From: Myxococcota bacterium
Lineage (GTDB): Bacteria > Myxococcota > Myxococcia > Myxococcales > Myxococcaceae
Length of the DNA: 20,000 bases
Assembly (NCBI GenBank): GCA_049322255.1
Contig: JBMORE010000022.1
Location: 170,900-190,899, forward strand
Direction: 5' to 3'
Positions 1 to 9,164 of this stretch are shown here, in pieces; position 1 is the first letter of the stretch, and each line of letters begins with the position of its first letter. Both the position numbers and the translations under genes were made by a program. Below the pieces are notes generated by a model that saw nothing but the letters and a program-made list of their open reading frames with translations, was not told where the DNA came from and did no database searches.

Positions 1-3000
1 CAGCGACTGCCTTGGGCAACTCGTTGAGCCGCTTGGCGTAGAGGTCACCCAGCTTCAGCCGGAGCGTCATCGTTCGTTCGGGGTCGGCGTGCTGAGCCTG
101 CTCTTCGAGCATCTGCACCAGCTCGGGCAGGTTGCCCATGCCCTCGTAGAGGGCCACCAGGCGATCGGTGATCGCCGCGTCGCCGGGGGCGAGCTCGAGC
201 GCCTTGCGGTAGAGCGCGCTGGCCTGCGCGGCGTCGCCGAACCCCTCGTCGATGACCTTCGCCAGCGACAGGGTGTGGTGGGCCTGAGCCGTGGGGGCGT
301 CGTCGACCTCGAGCAGGCGGCGCAGACAATCGGCGGCGCCCGTCCAATTGCGCCCCACGGTGTGAATCGCCGCCAGCCGCTTCAAGGCCTCGGCGCTCGT
401 CGGGTTGGTGGCGAGCGCCGTCTGTAGGTGAGCCGCCGCCCTCGTCACGTCGGAGAGCTCGTCATGGTAAATGGCGGCCAGACGCAGGTGGACGGCCGAG
501 AGGTGTAACGGGTCGCCGCCCTGCTGCACGCGCACCGCGTATGCGGCCGCGGCTTCGGCGAACTGCCCGCTCTGGAACGACAGCTCCCCCTTGAGCTCGA
601 GCGCCTCCGGGTGGGTGGGCTGCGCGGCCAGCGCCCGCTCGACGGCGGCGAGGGCTCTGCCCCGGTCTTTGAGCTGGCCCAAGTGAATGCGCGCAGCGGC
701 GTAGAGCTCGACGGCGGCTGCGGTCAGGTCTTTCTGGGTGAGCTTGGCCTCGGCGCGGCGTTCGTGCAGAGTGGCCAGGTCTTCGGCGCCCCCGCGGGAA
801 GCGAGGATTTCCTCCAGCGCTGCCCCGGCGGCCGCGTGAAGCGGATCGCGCTCGAGCGCCTGGCGGTAATGGGCGGCGGCACCCTCTGGGTCGCCCAGCT
901 TGGTGTGCGCGATCTTCCCCGCGAGCACCAAGGCCTCGAGCGCGCCGTGGGCGTCGCGCGCCACCTCGCCTTCTGTCGCCAAGAGTGAGCGCGCACGGGC
1001 AAAATCACCCCGCTTGATCGCTACCCGCCGCGCGCCCTGGAGCGCGGGCAAGAGCGATGGTTCGGTCTCCAACGCCTGCTCGTAAAAGGTCGCCGCCCCG
1101 TCGAGGTCCTCCAGCTTGCTTTCATGGAGCTCGGCCAGCCGCAAGAGCAGCGCCTGGCGCTCCAGCGGGTCGGACATGCCCGACAGGCGCGCCTGGTAGA
1201 GCGCTGCCAACCAGGTCCAGTCATGGGCGGCGCGGAGCGCCTTCTCCAGCGCGGGGCCCGCCGTGTCGTCCCCCGCGGTCTTGAGGTCTTGCAGGAGCGC
1301 CGCGGTCTTGGTGCTGGAGGACGAACGCCCCCCGGCAAGCTCCTGGTCGAACGCAGCCGACAGCCGAAACGCGGTGGTCAGCCGAGGGTCGACGACGGCT
1401 TCGGCAAGTCGTTCTTTGATCTCGGCCCGCCGCACGCGGTCGTTGGCGCGAATGCGGGCCAGGGTCGCCAGCGCCGCCAGGTTGGCAGGGTCGATTGCCA
1501 GCACGGCCTCGCAGCATTGCGCCGCGCGAGCGGGCTCGTTTTTGAGGTCGAAATAGATCCGCGCCAGCTTGAGGTAGGCGGCGATTTTCGCAGCGCTCTG
1601 CCCGGTTTGGGACTGGCGATCGAGGATCGTGACCTGCTCCCGCAGCTCGTTTTTGGCAGTGTAGAGGCGTTCGAGCGCGCGAAGCGCGGTGGAGTGGTTG
1701 GGTGCCAGGCGCAAGACCTCTTGGTAGCTTTCGATCGCCTGGTCTGGCTGGCCGAGCTGGTCCTCCCAGATCGCCGCGACCTGAAAGAGGGTGTTGGCGC
1801 GCTCCACCGGGTCGGTGCGGCCTGCGGCCTCCACGCGCAACACGTCGACGAGCCGCTCCCAGTCGCCTTGCTCGCGTAAGATGCGGGCCAGCGCCCGCGC
1901 CGCGGGGAAGTAGGTGGGCGAGAGGGTGAGCACCTCCTGGTAGGAGGCGATCGCCTCTTGGGTGTTGGACAGCTTCTGCTCGTACAGCTCGCCGATCTTG
2001 TGGACGAGCGCTGCGGCCTGTTCGGGAAGGGGAGCGGTCTCCGCCTCCGCCCGGTACATGCGTACGAGCTCGTCCCACCGGCCGTCCTGCGCATACAGCC
2101 GCCCCAGCGCCCTCAGCGCGGGCAAATACGAAGGTAGAAGCGCCAGCACCCGTTCGTAAGCGGCGATGGCACCTGGGCGGTCCTGGAGCGCTTCCTCGAG
2201 GATCTCGGCGTTGCGGTGGTGCAAGGAGATCACCTGCTTGATGTCGCCGGTGAGCCCCGCCTCGCGCTCGTGCACCTCGATGAGCTCGCGCCACCGTCCC
2301 ACGCTCTCATAGAGGCGGGCGAGGTTGCGCAGCGTGGGCAGGTGCTCCGGCGCCTGCTCGAGAATGCGTCGCATGCACTCGGCGGCGTGCTCGCGATCGC
2401 CCAGGCGGTCCTCGTAGATCGCCGCGATCTTGTTGAGAATGGAGATGATTTGCTCGCGGTCGGTGGTCTGCAGAAGGTCTTGCTCGTGCATCGCCACCAA
2501 CTCGGCGAAGCGGCCTTGCTTCTCGTACAGGCGGGTGAGCGCCTTCTGGGCAGGCAGATACCCAGGTTGCAGCTGCAGACACTGGTTGTAACGGCCAACC
2601 GCCTCTTCGGTGCGCCCAAGGCGCTCTTCGAGGACCTCGGCCGCCTTGTACATGCGCGCGGCCTTTTGTTTGGGGTCGTCGAGCGCAGCGAGCTCGGCGT
2701 CGTAGGTGGCGAGCAGCCCCGCCCAGTCCTGGCTGCGGTGGTAGAGCTTGCCAAGGCCGGCGAGCGCCGTGGCGTGGCCAGGGATGCGGGAGAGGATCGC
2801 CTGGTAGCGGGCGATGGCGTCGGCGTCGCGCTGGAGGCGCTCCTCGTAGAGTGTGGCCAGGCGGAGGTTGATCGCCACCACCTCGTCCTCGTCGGAGATG
2901 GACTGCACCCAGTCTCGCAGCACGTCGGCGAGCTCTTCGTGCCGCTCCTGTGCCTCGTAGATGTGCGCCAGCTCGGAGAGCACCAAGGGCTCGGTGGGAG

Positions 3001-3931
3001 CTACCCGGCGGGCGGCGTGCAGCGCGGCCAGCGCGTCTTCGCGGCGGCCCAGCTTGCTGTAGATCTTGCTGATCTCGAGATAGACGGGCGCGGCGTTGGC
3101 GCCGAGCAGCTCGGCCTCGGCAGCGAGCGCCGAGAGGAGCTCGTCGATGGAACCCTCGCGCGCACAGACCCGGGCGACGGCGGAAAGCAGCACAGGGTCG
3201 TGACGGTCGAGGGCGAAGGCAGCGCGGTAGCTGGCGGTAGCCTCCGTGGGGCGCTTGAGCCGATCCTCCAACACTGAACCGGCGACGGTGAGGTAGTGCG
3301 CCTTCAGTGTTTCGTCGGGGACCACCTCGGCGAGCCGCCCGAGCACGCGTGCCAAGGGCTCGAAGTCGGCCTTCTCGGCGAACACTTGTTCCAGCTGCAC
3401 CAGGAGGACGACGTCCTGGGGATTGGCCTCGAGCACCTGGGCGTAGGCCTTCTGGGCTTCCTCGAGGCGCGAGAGGCGCTGCTCGAGCACCTGCGCTTTT
3501 TCGAAGAGGAGCCAAGCGTGCCCTTCCTTCGCATCGGTCGCGGAAAGCTCGGCGTCGATGAGCTGCACCACCATCTGCCAGTTGCCCACGTCGGCGAACA
3601 GCCGGCGGGCGGCACGGATGTTGGCGAGAAACTTGGGTGCGAGCTTGTAGGCGTTCTGGTACGCGACCGCCGCGTGACGTGGGTTTTTGAGGGGCTCCTC
3701 CCAGAGCAGGCCTATCTCGTGGAAGAGCAAGGCGGCGGCAGGGACGACCCCTAGCGCCTTGGCTTCACGCTCGAGCGCGGCCACCCGGCTTCGCGCTTCT
3801 TCCTCGGCAGAGGAGGGGTGCTCCGGCAGCGACGAGAGCTGTTGGGCGGGTTGCTCGGTGGCGCTTTCGGTCGAGGCGGCAGGCGCCTGGGGCGATGGGA
3901 GGGTGCGGGGAAGGTCGGTGCGCTCGCTCAT
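1..3931 (-). CDS. Giant TPR-repeat protein (AgmK/GltI-like architecture); 3' end lies beyond the window, at least 1310 aa
   Basis: ATG at 3931 gives MSERTDLPRTLPSPQ...EEEARSRVAALEREAKAL...LLFHEIGLLWEEPLKNPRHAAVAYQNAYKLAPKF. The same frame reads RLKLGDLYAKRLNELPKAVA at the left edge. The ORF track lists no terminated minus-strand ORF in this frame, consistent with no stop codon. TPR-like units recur, e.g. AIAAYERVLALLPSYLPALRALGRLYAQDGRWDELV and AIASYQEVLTLSPTYFPAARALARILREQGDWERLV. Confidence 0.9.
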   Translation of the reverse strand, partial: MSERTDLPRTLPSPQAPAASTESATEQPAQQLSSLPEHPSSAEEEARSRVAALEREAKALGVVPAAALLFHEIGLLWEEPLKNPRHAAVAYQNAYKLAPKFLANIRAARRLFADVGNWQMVVQLIDAELSATDAKEGHAWLLFEKAQVLEQRLSRLEEAQKAYAQVLEANPQDVVLLVQLEQVFAEKADFEPLARVLGRLAEVVPDETLKAHYLTVAGSVLEDRLKRPTEATASYRAAFALDRHDPVLLSAVARVCAREGSIDELLSALAAEAELLGANAAPVYLEISKIYSKLGRREDALAALHAARRVAPTEPLVLSELAHIYEAQERHEELADVLRDWVQSISDEDEVVAINLRLATLYEERLQRDADAIARYQAILSRIPGHATALAGLGKLYHRSQDWAGLLATYDAELAALDDPKQKAARMYKAAEVLEERLGRTEEAVGRYNQCLQLQPGYLPAQKALTRLYEKQGRFAELVAMHEQDLLQTTDREQIISILNKIAAIYEDRLGDREHAAECMRRILEQAPEHLPTLRNLARLYESVGRWRELIEVHEREAGLTGDIKQVISLHHRNAEILEEALQDRPGAIAAYERVLALLPSYLPALRALGRLYAQDGRWDELVRMYRAEAETAPLPEQAAALVHKIGELYEQKLSNTQEAIASYQEVLTLSPTYFPAARALARILREQGDWERLVDVLRVEAAGRTDPVERANTLFQVAAIWEDQLGQPDQAIESYQEVLRLAPNHSTALRALERLYTAKNELREQVTILDRQSQTGQSAAKIAAYLKLARIYFDLKNEPARAAQCCEAVLAIDPANLAALATLARIRANDRVRRAEIKERLAEAVVDPRLTTAFRLSAAFDQELAGGRSSSSTKTAALLQDLKTAGDDTAGPALEKALRAAHDWTWLAALYQARLSGMSDPLERQALLLRLAELHESKLEDLDGAATFYEQALETEPSLLPALQGARRVAIKRGDFARARSLLATEGEVARDAHGALEALVLAGKIAHTKLGDPEGAAAHYRQALERDPLHAAAGAALEEILASRGGAEDLATLHERRAEAKLTQKDLTAAAVELYAAARIHLGQLKDRGRALAAVERALAAQPTHPEALELKGELSFQSGQFAEAAAAYAVRVQQGGDPLHLSAVHLRLAAIYHDELSDVTRAAAHLQTALATNPTSAEALKRLAAIHTVGRNWTGAADCLRRLLEVDDAPTAQAHHTLSLAKVIDEGFGDAAQASALYRKALELAPGDAAITDRLVALYEGMGNLPELVQMLEEQAQHADPERTMTLRLKLGDLYAKRLNELPKAVA

Positions 3932-4011
3932 GGGCTTGGCAAAAGAGCCTTGTAGGTGCGCCGGGTGAACGCCACTCGTACCATGCGGCTCGGCACAGCC
4001 TCAACAATGAC

Positions 4012-5520
4012 CTAACCGATGGCGGCGAGTAGCTCGCCGGAGTCGATGAGCGCGGCGACGGCGTCGATGTCGAGGTGCAGCTCGCGGTCCCTTTCCATCG
4101 TGGGCACCTTCGCGCGGATGAGCCGGTGGGCGGCCAGCGGCCCCTTACCCGGCAAGAGGGGCAGGCGCAGGTCGAGCGCCTGAGAGGCGACGAGCATCTC
4201 GATGGCCAGACAGTGGCGGGTGAGCTCGGCCACCTGACGCGCCTTGAGCGCTGCGGTCATGCCCATCGACACGTGGTCTTCCCGGCCAGCGGAAGAGGGG
4301 ATGGAGTCGACCGATGCGGGGTGACAAAGAATGCGCGACTCGGCGACGAGCGCGGCGGAAGTCACCTGGGCGATCATGAAGCCCGAATGGAGCCCCGAGT
4401 CCTTCGCCAAGAAAGGCGGCAGACCGGAAAGCGAGGGATTGACCAGCTGCTCGACACGCCGCTCGCTGATCGACGAAAGCTGAGTCAGCGCCATCGCCAT
4501 CACGTCGAGGGCGAGTGACACCGGCTGGCCGTGGAAGTTTCCGCCGGAGACGATGCGCTCGCTCTCGACGAACACCAGCGGGTTGTCGGTGGCGCTGTTC
4601 ACCTCGATCTCCAACACCCGCCGGCAGAAGGCCAAGCCATCGCGGGCGGCGCCGTGCACCTGGGGCATGCATCGCAAGGAGTAAGGGTCTTGCACCTTGT
4701 GACAGGTGGCGTGCGATTCGACGAGCTCGCTGCCCCCGAGCAGGGAGCGCAGGTGCGCCGCGCAGGCCTTCTGCCCGGGGTGTGGCCGCACCTCTTGGAT
4801 TTCCGGCGCGAACGGCTTGTGGCTGCCCAAAAGCCCCTCGAGGGTCATCGCGCCCGCCAGGTCGGCGAGCTCGGTCAGTGCTTCGGAGCGAAGCAGGGCC
4901 AGCGCTCCCACCGCGCACATCGCCTGGGTGCCGTTGACGAGGGCGAGGCCCTCTTTCGCCTCCAGCTGCACCGGGGACAGACCCGCGCGGCGCAGCGCCT
5001 CGCCCGCGCTCACCCGCGCACCCTCATAGAAGGCCTCGCCCTCGCCGATGAACGTGAGCGCCAGGTGGGCCAGCGGCGCCAAGTCTCCCGAGGCGCCGAC
5101 GCTGCCGCGCTCGGGCACCACCGGCACCACGCCGCGGTTGAGCATGTCCAGACCCAGCTGGAGGGTTTGTGGTCGAATGCCGGAGAAGCCCTTCGCCAGC
5201 ACGTTGCAGCGAAGCAGCAAGAGCGCCCGTGCTTCGGGCACCGAGAGCGGCACCCCCACCCCTGCCGCGTGGGAGCGGAGGAGGTTTCGCTGCAGGTCGC
5301 GCAAATCCTTCTTGTCGATGCGCACCTCGGCGAGGGTGCCGAAGCCAGTGTTGATGCCGTAGGCCGGTTGGTCACCGGCGGCCACCCGATCGACCAGGGC
5401 GCGCGAGGCACGTATGCGCTCTTGCGCCTGCGGTGTCAGCTCCACCTGCGCGGTGCCCAGGGCGACCTTCCGCAAGCTCTCCAGCCCGAGCGTCTCTCCA
5501 TCGATCGCGACGTGCGTCAT
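4012..5520 (-). CDS. hutH: Histidine ammonia-lyase (about 502 aa)
   Basis: MIO-forming [14 protein letters not shown], plus [34 protein letters not shown] and EDHVSMG. The specificity motif RSHAAG is HAL type. The start was trimmed to ATG 5520 ([11 protein letters not shown]). Confidence 0.96.
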   Translation of the reverse strand: MTHVAIDGETLGLESLRKVALGTAQVELTPQAQERIRASRALVDRVAAGDQPAYGINTGFGTLAEVRIDKKDLRDLQRNLLRSHAAGVGVPLSVPEARALLLLRCNVLAKGFSGIRPQTLQLGLDMLNRGVVPVVPERGSVGASGDLAPLAHLALTFIGEGEAFYEGARVSAGEALRRAGLSPVQLEAKEGLALVNGTQAMCAVGALALLRSEALTELADLAGAMTLEGLLGSHKPFAPEIQEVRPHPGQKACAAHLRSLLGGSELVESHATCHKVQDPYSLRCMPQVHGAARDGLAFCRRVLEIEVNSATDNPLVFVESERIVSGGNFHGQPVSLALDVMAMALTQLSSISERRVEQLVNPSLSGLPPFLAKDSGLHSGFMIAQVTSAALVAESRILCHPASVDSIPSSAGREDHVSMGMTAALKARQVAELTRHCLAIEMLVASQALDLRLPLLPGKGPLAAHRLIRAKVPTMERDRELHLDIDAVAALIDSGELLAAIG

Positions 5521-5593
5521 CGGGCGGGCAAGGTAGCGCACTTCACCTTCGGTTTTGACACAGAAGGGGCTCCTGGCGGAGAACCGTAGCCGC
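5521..5593. promoter_or_regulatory. Compact divergent promoter region between hutH and lysC
   Basis: 73-bp gap between head-to-head genes. TTGACA at 5555-5560 on the + strand has no convincing -10 partner. On the minus strand, -10-like TACCTT (5535-5530) lies 9 nt before the hutH ATG. Confidence 0.5.
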
Positions 5594-6832
5594 GTGGGCC
5601 TCATCGTTCAGAAGTACGGCGGCACCTCCGTCGGGGACATCGAGCGCATCAAGAACGTCGCCCGGCGGGCAATCGCCACCCAGAAGCAGGGCCACGAGGT
5701 GGTGGTGGTGGTCTCGGCGATGGCCGGGGAGACCAATCGTCTGCTGAAGCTGGTGTCACAAATCACCGAGCGCCCCGACGAACGCGAGCAAGACGTGGTG
5801 GTGGCCACCGGCGAGCAGGTGTCGATCGGGCTTCTGGCGCTGGCGATCATGGAGCTCGAGGGAAAGGCGACGAGCTTTCTGGGTCACCAGTGCCGCATCG
5901 TCACCGACAGCACCTTCTCCAAGGCGCGCATCAAGAGCATCGACGCGCAAGGAATCTTCGCCGCGCTGAAGAAGCGGCACATCGCGGTGATCGCCGGCTT
6001 CCAGGGAGTGGACGAAGAGGGCAACGTCACCACCTTGGGGCGGGGCGGGTCGGACACCACCGCGGTGGCGATCGCAGCGGCGATCCAGGCCGACGCCTGC
6101 GAGATCTACACCGACGTCGACGGGGTCTACACCACCGACCCCAACGTGTGTCCGGCGGCGAGGAAGCTCGACAAGGTCAGCTACGAAGAGATGCTCGAGC
6201 TCGCCAGCCTGGGCGCCAAGGTGCTGCAGATTCGTTCGGTCGAATTAGCGATGAAGTACAAGGTCCCGCTGTGGGTGAAGTCGTCGTTCACCACCGAGCC
6301 GGGGACGCTGGTGTGCGAGGAGGATGAGTCGATGGAAGACGTGGTCGTCAGCGGTGTCGCCTTCGACAAGAACGAGGCGAAAATCTCGCTGCGCGGAGTG
6401 CCTGACGTGCCCGGCATCGCTGCGCGGGTGTTCGGCGCCCTGGATGAGAAGAGCATCGTGGTCGACCTCATCGTGCAGAACGTGTCCAAAGACGGGAAGG
6501 CCGATCTCACCTTCACTGTGGCCAAGGCCGATCTGGTCAAAGCCCGCGATGTGGTGAAGAAGATCGCCAAGGCGATCAAGGCCAAGGCGGTAGAGACGGA
6601 TGATCAGATCGCCAAGCTCTCCATCGTTGGCGTGGGCATGCGCAACCACTCCGGAGTAGCGGCGAAGATGTTCCGTGTCCTCTCGGACGAAGGCGTCAAC
6701 ATACAGATGATTTCCACCTCGGAAATCAAAGTCTCCTGCGTGATTCACGCCAAGTACACCGAGTTGGCCGTACGCTCTTTGCACACCGCCTTCGGGCTGG
6801 ACCGGCTCAACACCGTCGTCGCCGCCAGCTAG
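5594..6832 (+). CDS. lysC: Aspartate kinase, alpha subunit (about 412 aa)
   Basis: [47 protein letters not shown] and two C-terminal ACT domains ([10 protein letters not shown]..., [27 protein letters not shown]). Likely start is GTG at 5594. Confidence 0.96.
   Translation: MGLIVQKYGGTSVGDIERIKNVARRAIATQKQGHEVVVVVSAMAGETNRLLKLVSQITERPDEREQDVVVATGEQVSIGLLALAIMELEGKATSFLGHQCRIVTDSTFSKARIKSIDAQGIFAALKKRHIAVIAGFQGVDEEGNVTTLGRGGSDTTAVAIAAAIQADACEIYTDVDGVYTTDPNVCPAARKLDKVSYEEMLELASLGAKVLQIRSVELAMKYKVPLWVKSSFTTEPGTLVCEEDESMEDVVVSGVAFDKNEAKISLRGVPDVPGIAARVFGALDEKSIVVDLIVQNVSKDGKADLTFTVAKADLVKARDVVKKIAKAIKAKAVETDDQIAKLSIVGVGMRNHSGVAAKMFRVLSDEGVNIQMISTSEIKVSCVIHAKYTELAVRSLHTAFGLDRLNTVVAAS
6332..6832 (+). 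CDS. Putative aspartate kinase beta (regulatory) subunit from an internal in-frame start, 166 aa
   Basis: GAGGAGG at 6317-6323 lies 8 nt before an in-frame ATG ([17 protein letters not shown]), which falls at the kinase/ACT boundary. Confidence 0.7.
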   Translation: MEDVVVSGVAFDKNEAKISLRGVPDVPGIAARVFGALDEKSIVVDLIVQNVSKDGKADLTFTVAKADLVKARDVVKKIAKAIKAKAVETDDQIAKLSIVGVGMRNHSGVAAKMFRVLSDEGVNIQMISTSEIKVSCVIHAKYTELAVRSLHTAFGLDRLNTVVAAS

Positions 6833-6834
6833 CG

Positions 6835-7233
6835 ATGTCTCGAACGGCTGCGCTCGCGGTGGTGGCCCTTGCCGTGCTCGCGGTGGGGCTTTTCGCGCGC
6901 CTCTGGTGGCCCAGCTCGGCGCCGGTCCTCGACTGTTCACCCGCGCAGGTGCGCTGGACAGACGGCGGCGTGGCGTACTGCGGCAGGGGCGAGCCCTTCA
7001 CCCAACCTCCCGCCGGGCAGCTGCTCACCCTGGGAGCGAAGCTCGATTTGAACCGGGCCACCGCCGACGACCTCGCGCTCCTACCGGGAGTCGGGAACGC
7101 CCTGGCGCAGGCGATTGTCGCGGCCCGAGGCGACGGAGGCTTCGACAGCTGGGACGAGGTCGATGCCGTTCCAGGGGTGGGCGACGCCAAGCTTCAGACA
7201 CTGAAGGCTGCTGCGGAGATCCGCCCGCGCTAG
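6835..7233 (+). CDS. ComEA-family helix-hairpin-helix DNA-binding protein with N-terminal membrane anchor
   Basis: Hydrophobic N-terminus followed by LDLNRATADDLALLPGVGNALAQAIVAAR...GFDSWDEVDAVPGVGDAKL (two HhH motifs). Starts 2 nt after the lysC stop. Confidence 0.88.
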   Translation: MSRTAALAVVALAVLAVGLFARLWWPSSAPVLDCSPAQVRWTDGGVAYCGRGEPFTQPPAGQLLTLGAKLDLNRATADDLALLPGVGNALAQAIVAARGDGGFDSWDEVDAVPGVGDAKLQTLKAAAEIRPR

Positions 7234-7257
7234 CGTTTGGGTGTATAAGGAGCCTCC

Positions 7258-9078
7258 TTGCTCATCTCTTGCGAGAAGTGCACGACCACCTATGTGCTCG
7301 ACGAGCGGCTCATCCCTCCCGGGGGGGCGCCGGTGCAGTGCACCAAGTGCAACCACGTCTTCATCGCCTTGTCGACCCACGCGGCGGCGCCGCCGCTGCC
7401 CAAGACGCTGGTGCCTGGGACGGCCCCGCCGGAGGAGCCCGCTCCGCAACCTGATCCCCGCGGCACCCAAATTTTCGGGCGCACTGCGCCGGCCACGGGC
7501 CCCTCTTCTTCCCCCTCTTCGGCGAAGGAGCTCGAGCAGCTGTTGGACACGTTGCGCGCCCAAGACGGCCTCGATGAAAACCTTCCTCCGGAGCCTAAGG
7601 CCAAGCAGGCAAAGACTCAGCTGTTTGCGGTCTCCGAGCTCAACCGCCCTGCCCAACCGGCACCACCGGCCGAAGCGGGGGAGGGAAGGCGTGCCAAGAC
7701 GCAGCTGTTTGCCCTCTCCGAGGTCCAAGCCGCCGCCAATCCCAAAGCCACGCAGATGTTCGGAGTGGCGAGCGCGGCGGTGACGGGGCCTACCCAACCG
7801 CGTGGCCCAGCGGAGGCGCCCGTTCACCCACGCGCGACGCAAATCTTCGGAGCCACCGGGCTCGACACCAGCGCACCTGCGACGCTTCAAGACGTGCCCG
7901 CTGTTCGTGCCCCCGACGCGCGCGCGACGATGATCTTCGGAGGCGCTCCCACAGCGAGCAATGCGCCGCACCCGCGCGAGACGTTTGCCGAGCGCAAGCA
8001 GCAGCGCTCCTCGCAGCTGGCGCCGACCCTCATCGAAACCAGCGGCCGCCTCCCCGGAGCCCTCGCTCCCGTGAGCCTCCCGGAGGGCGATCTGCCTCAG
8101 ATGAACTGGGGCGGCGATCGTCCCGGTACGTCGGTCGACGAGGGCTCGGAGCTTGACCTGCGCCGGCAGATGCAGCGGCGCAACCGCCTCGCGATGGGCG
8201 CGGTGCTTGCGGTGCTCCTGATCATTGCCGTGGGGGTGGGAATCAAGGTGCTCTCGGGGCGGCGGCCAAGCGTGCCCCCCGAGGCGATCGCCGAGCGTGA
8301 GGCGGCGATGGCGCTTTTGCGCCGCGACGACTCGGAGGCGCAGGCCGAGGCGGTGGCCAAGCTCTCCACTCTCTCGAAGGCATTTCCTTTCTACGTCGAT
8401 GCGGTGGCGGGGCGGGTGCTCGCGCTCTCCTTACAGCTCGACGATGCTCGCATTGCCGTTCGCCGGTTTCAGTCCCAGTCGGACGAGCTCAACCGGAAGA
8501 TCGCCCGCTTGAAGGAGGCGAAGTCTCCTGGAAACTGGCTGAACCAGGTCAACGCGTTGATCGACGATCTGGCGGCGGTGAAGGCCAAGAGCGACCCGTT
8601 GATCGACGAGGCCGCCCGGCTCGACGGTGTGGTGAACGAGGCGCTCCAAAGGCTTCGTGCCCACCCCGAAGGTCTTGCTCCCGAAGAGGAACAGGTAGTG
8701 GTGCGCGCGCAGGCGATCTACTTCGGCGTGAAGGGAAGCGATCAGGCGATTGCGCTTTCCGAGCGGTACAAGCGCCTACGGCAGGGGGCAGACGACGGTT
8801 GGAGCGCGGTGGCCTTCGCCGAGTATGCGCTCAACGCCCGGGTGGCCCCGGAGACGCTTCGCCAAGCGCGCGAGCAGCTCGAGGAGGTCATCGCCAAGGA
8901 CAAGACCTTTTTGCGCCCCTACGTGCTCGCCGCCCGACTGGCACAGGCGGAGAAGAACGACGAGGCCGCGTCCAACCTGCTCGGAGCGGTGATGTTGCTC
9001 AACCGGCGCCACGAAGTGGCGGCCCAGCTGCATGCCTGGGTGACGGCCAGCCAAAAGGCCGCGGCGGCCACTCGGTGA
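7258..9078 (+). CDS. Zinc-ribbon (MJ0042-type) domain protein with Pro/Ala-rich linker, single TM helix and C-terminal coiled-coil/TPR-like region, 606 aa
   Basis: N-terminal CEKC...CTKC; TM segment LAMGAVLAVLLIIAVGVGIKVL; helical C-terminal half. SD AAGGAG at 7247-7252 precedes the TTG start. Confidence 0.85.
   Translation: MLISCEKCTTTYVLDERLIPPGGAPVQCTKCNHVFIALSTHAAAPPLPKTLVPGTAPPEEPAPQPDPRGTQIFGRTAPATGPSSSPSSAKELEQLLDTLRAQDGLDENLPPEPKAKQAKTQLFAVSELNRPAQPAPPAEAGEGRRAKTQLFALSEVQAAANPKATQMFGVASAAVTGPTQPRGPAEAPVHPRATQIFGATGLDTSAPATLQDVPAVRAPDARATMIFGGAPTASNAPHPRETFAERKQQRSSQLAPTLIETSGRLPGALAPVSLPEGDLPQMNWGGDRPGTSVDEGSELDLRRQMQRRNRLAMGAVLAVLLIIAVGVGIKVLSGRRPSVPPEAIAEREAAMALLRRDDSEAQAEAVAKLSTLSKAFPFYVDAVAGRVLALSLQLDDARIAVRRFQSQSDELNRKIARLKEAKSPGNWLNQVNALIDDLAAVKAKSDPLIDEAARLDGVVNEALQRLRAHPEGLAPEEEQVVVRAQAIYFGVKGSDQAIALSERYKRLRQGADDGWSAVAFAEYALNARVAPETLRQAREQLEEVIAKDKTFLRPYVLAARLAQAEKNDEAASNLLGAVMLLNRRHEVAAQLHAWVTASQKAAAATR
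7465..7944 (+). repeat. Six intragenic peptide repeats T-(Q/M)-(I/L/M)-F-(G/A)
   Basis: Thr codons at 7465 (TQIFG), 7615 (TQLFA), 7699 (TQLFA), 7750 (TQMFG), 7837 (TQIFG) and 7927 (TMIFG). Copies 2/3 and 5/6 are also similar at DNA level. Confidence 0.85.
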
Positions 9079-9124
9079 ACGTCAGGTAGCGCACCTTTGC
9101 GTGACCGGCACGCTGGTTGCGTAG

Positions 9125-9157
9125 CTCCTCCAACGAAGTCTTTCGTGGGCGGAGGAG
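9125..9157 (+). promoter_or_regulatory. Predicted 5' UTR hairpin sequestering the SD of the GT2 gene
   Basis: CTCCTCC (9125-9131) is the exact reverse complement of GGAGGAG (9151-9157). Inner stem ACGAA (9133-9137) pairs with TTCGT (9142-9146) around a GTCT loop. Confidence 0.6.
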
Positions 9158-9164
9158 GTGGGCG

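Noticed and set aside
89..3754. Series of + strand ORFs of 112-353 aa
   Set aside because: All lie in the codon-aligned antisense frame of the giant TPR gene.
4012..5520. Tyrosine/phenylalanine ammonia-lyase or aminomutase from a secondary-metabolite cluster
   Set aside because: The SH specificity motif (RSHAAG) is HAL type and no NRPS/PKS genes are present.
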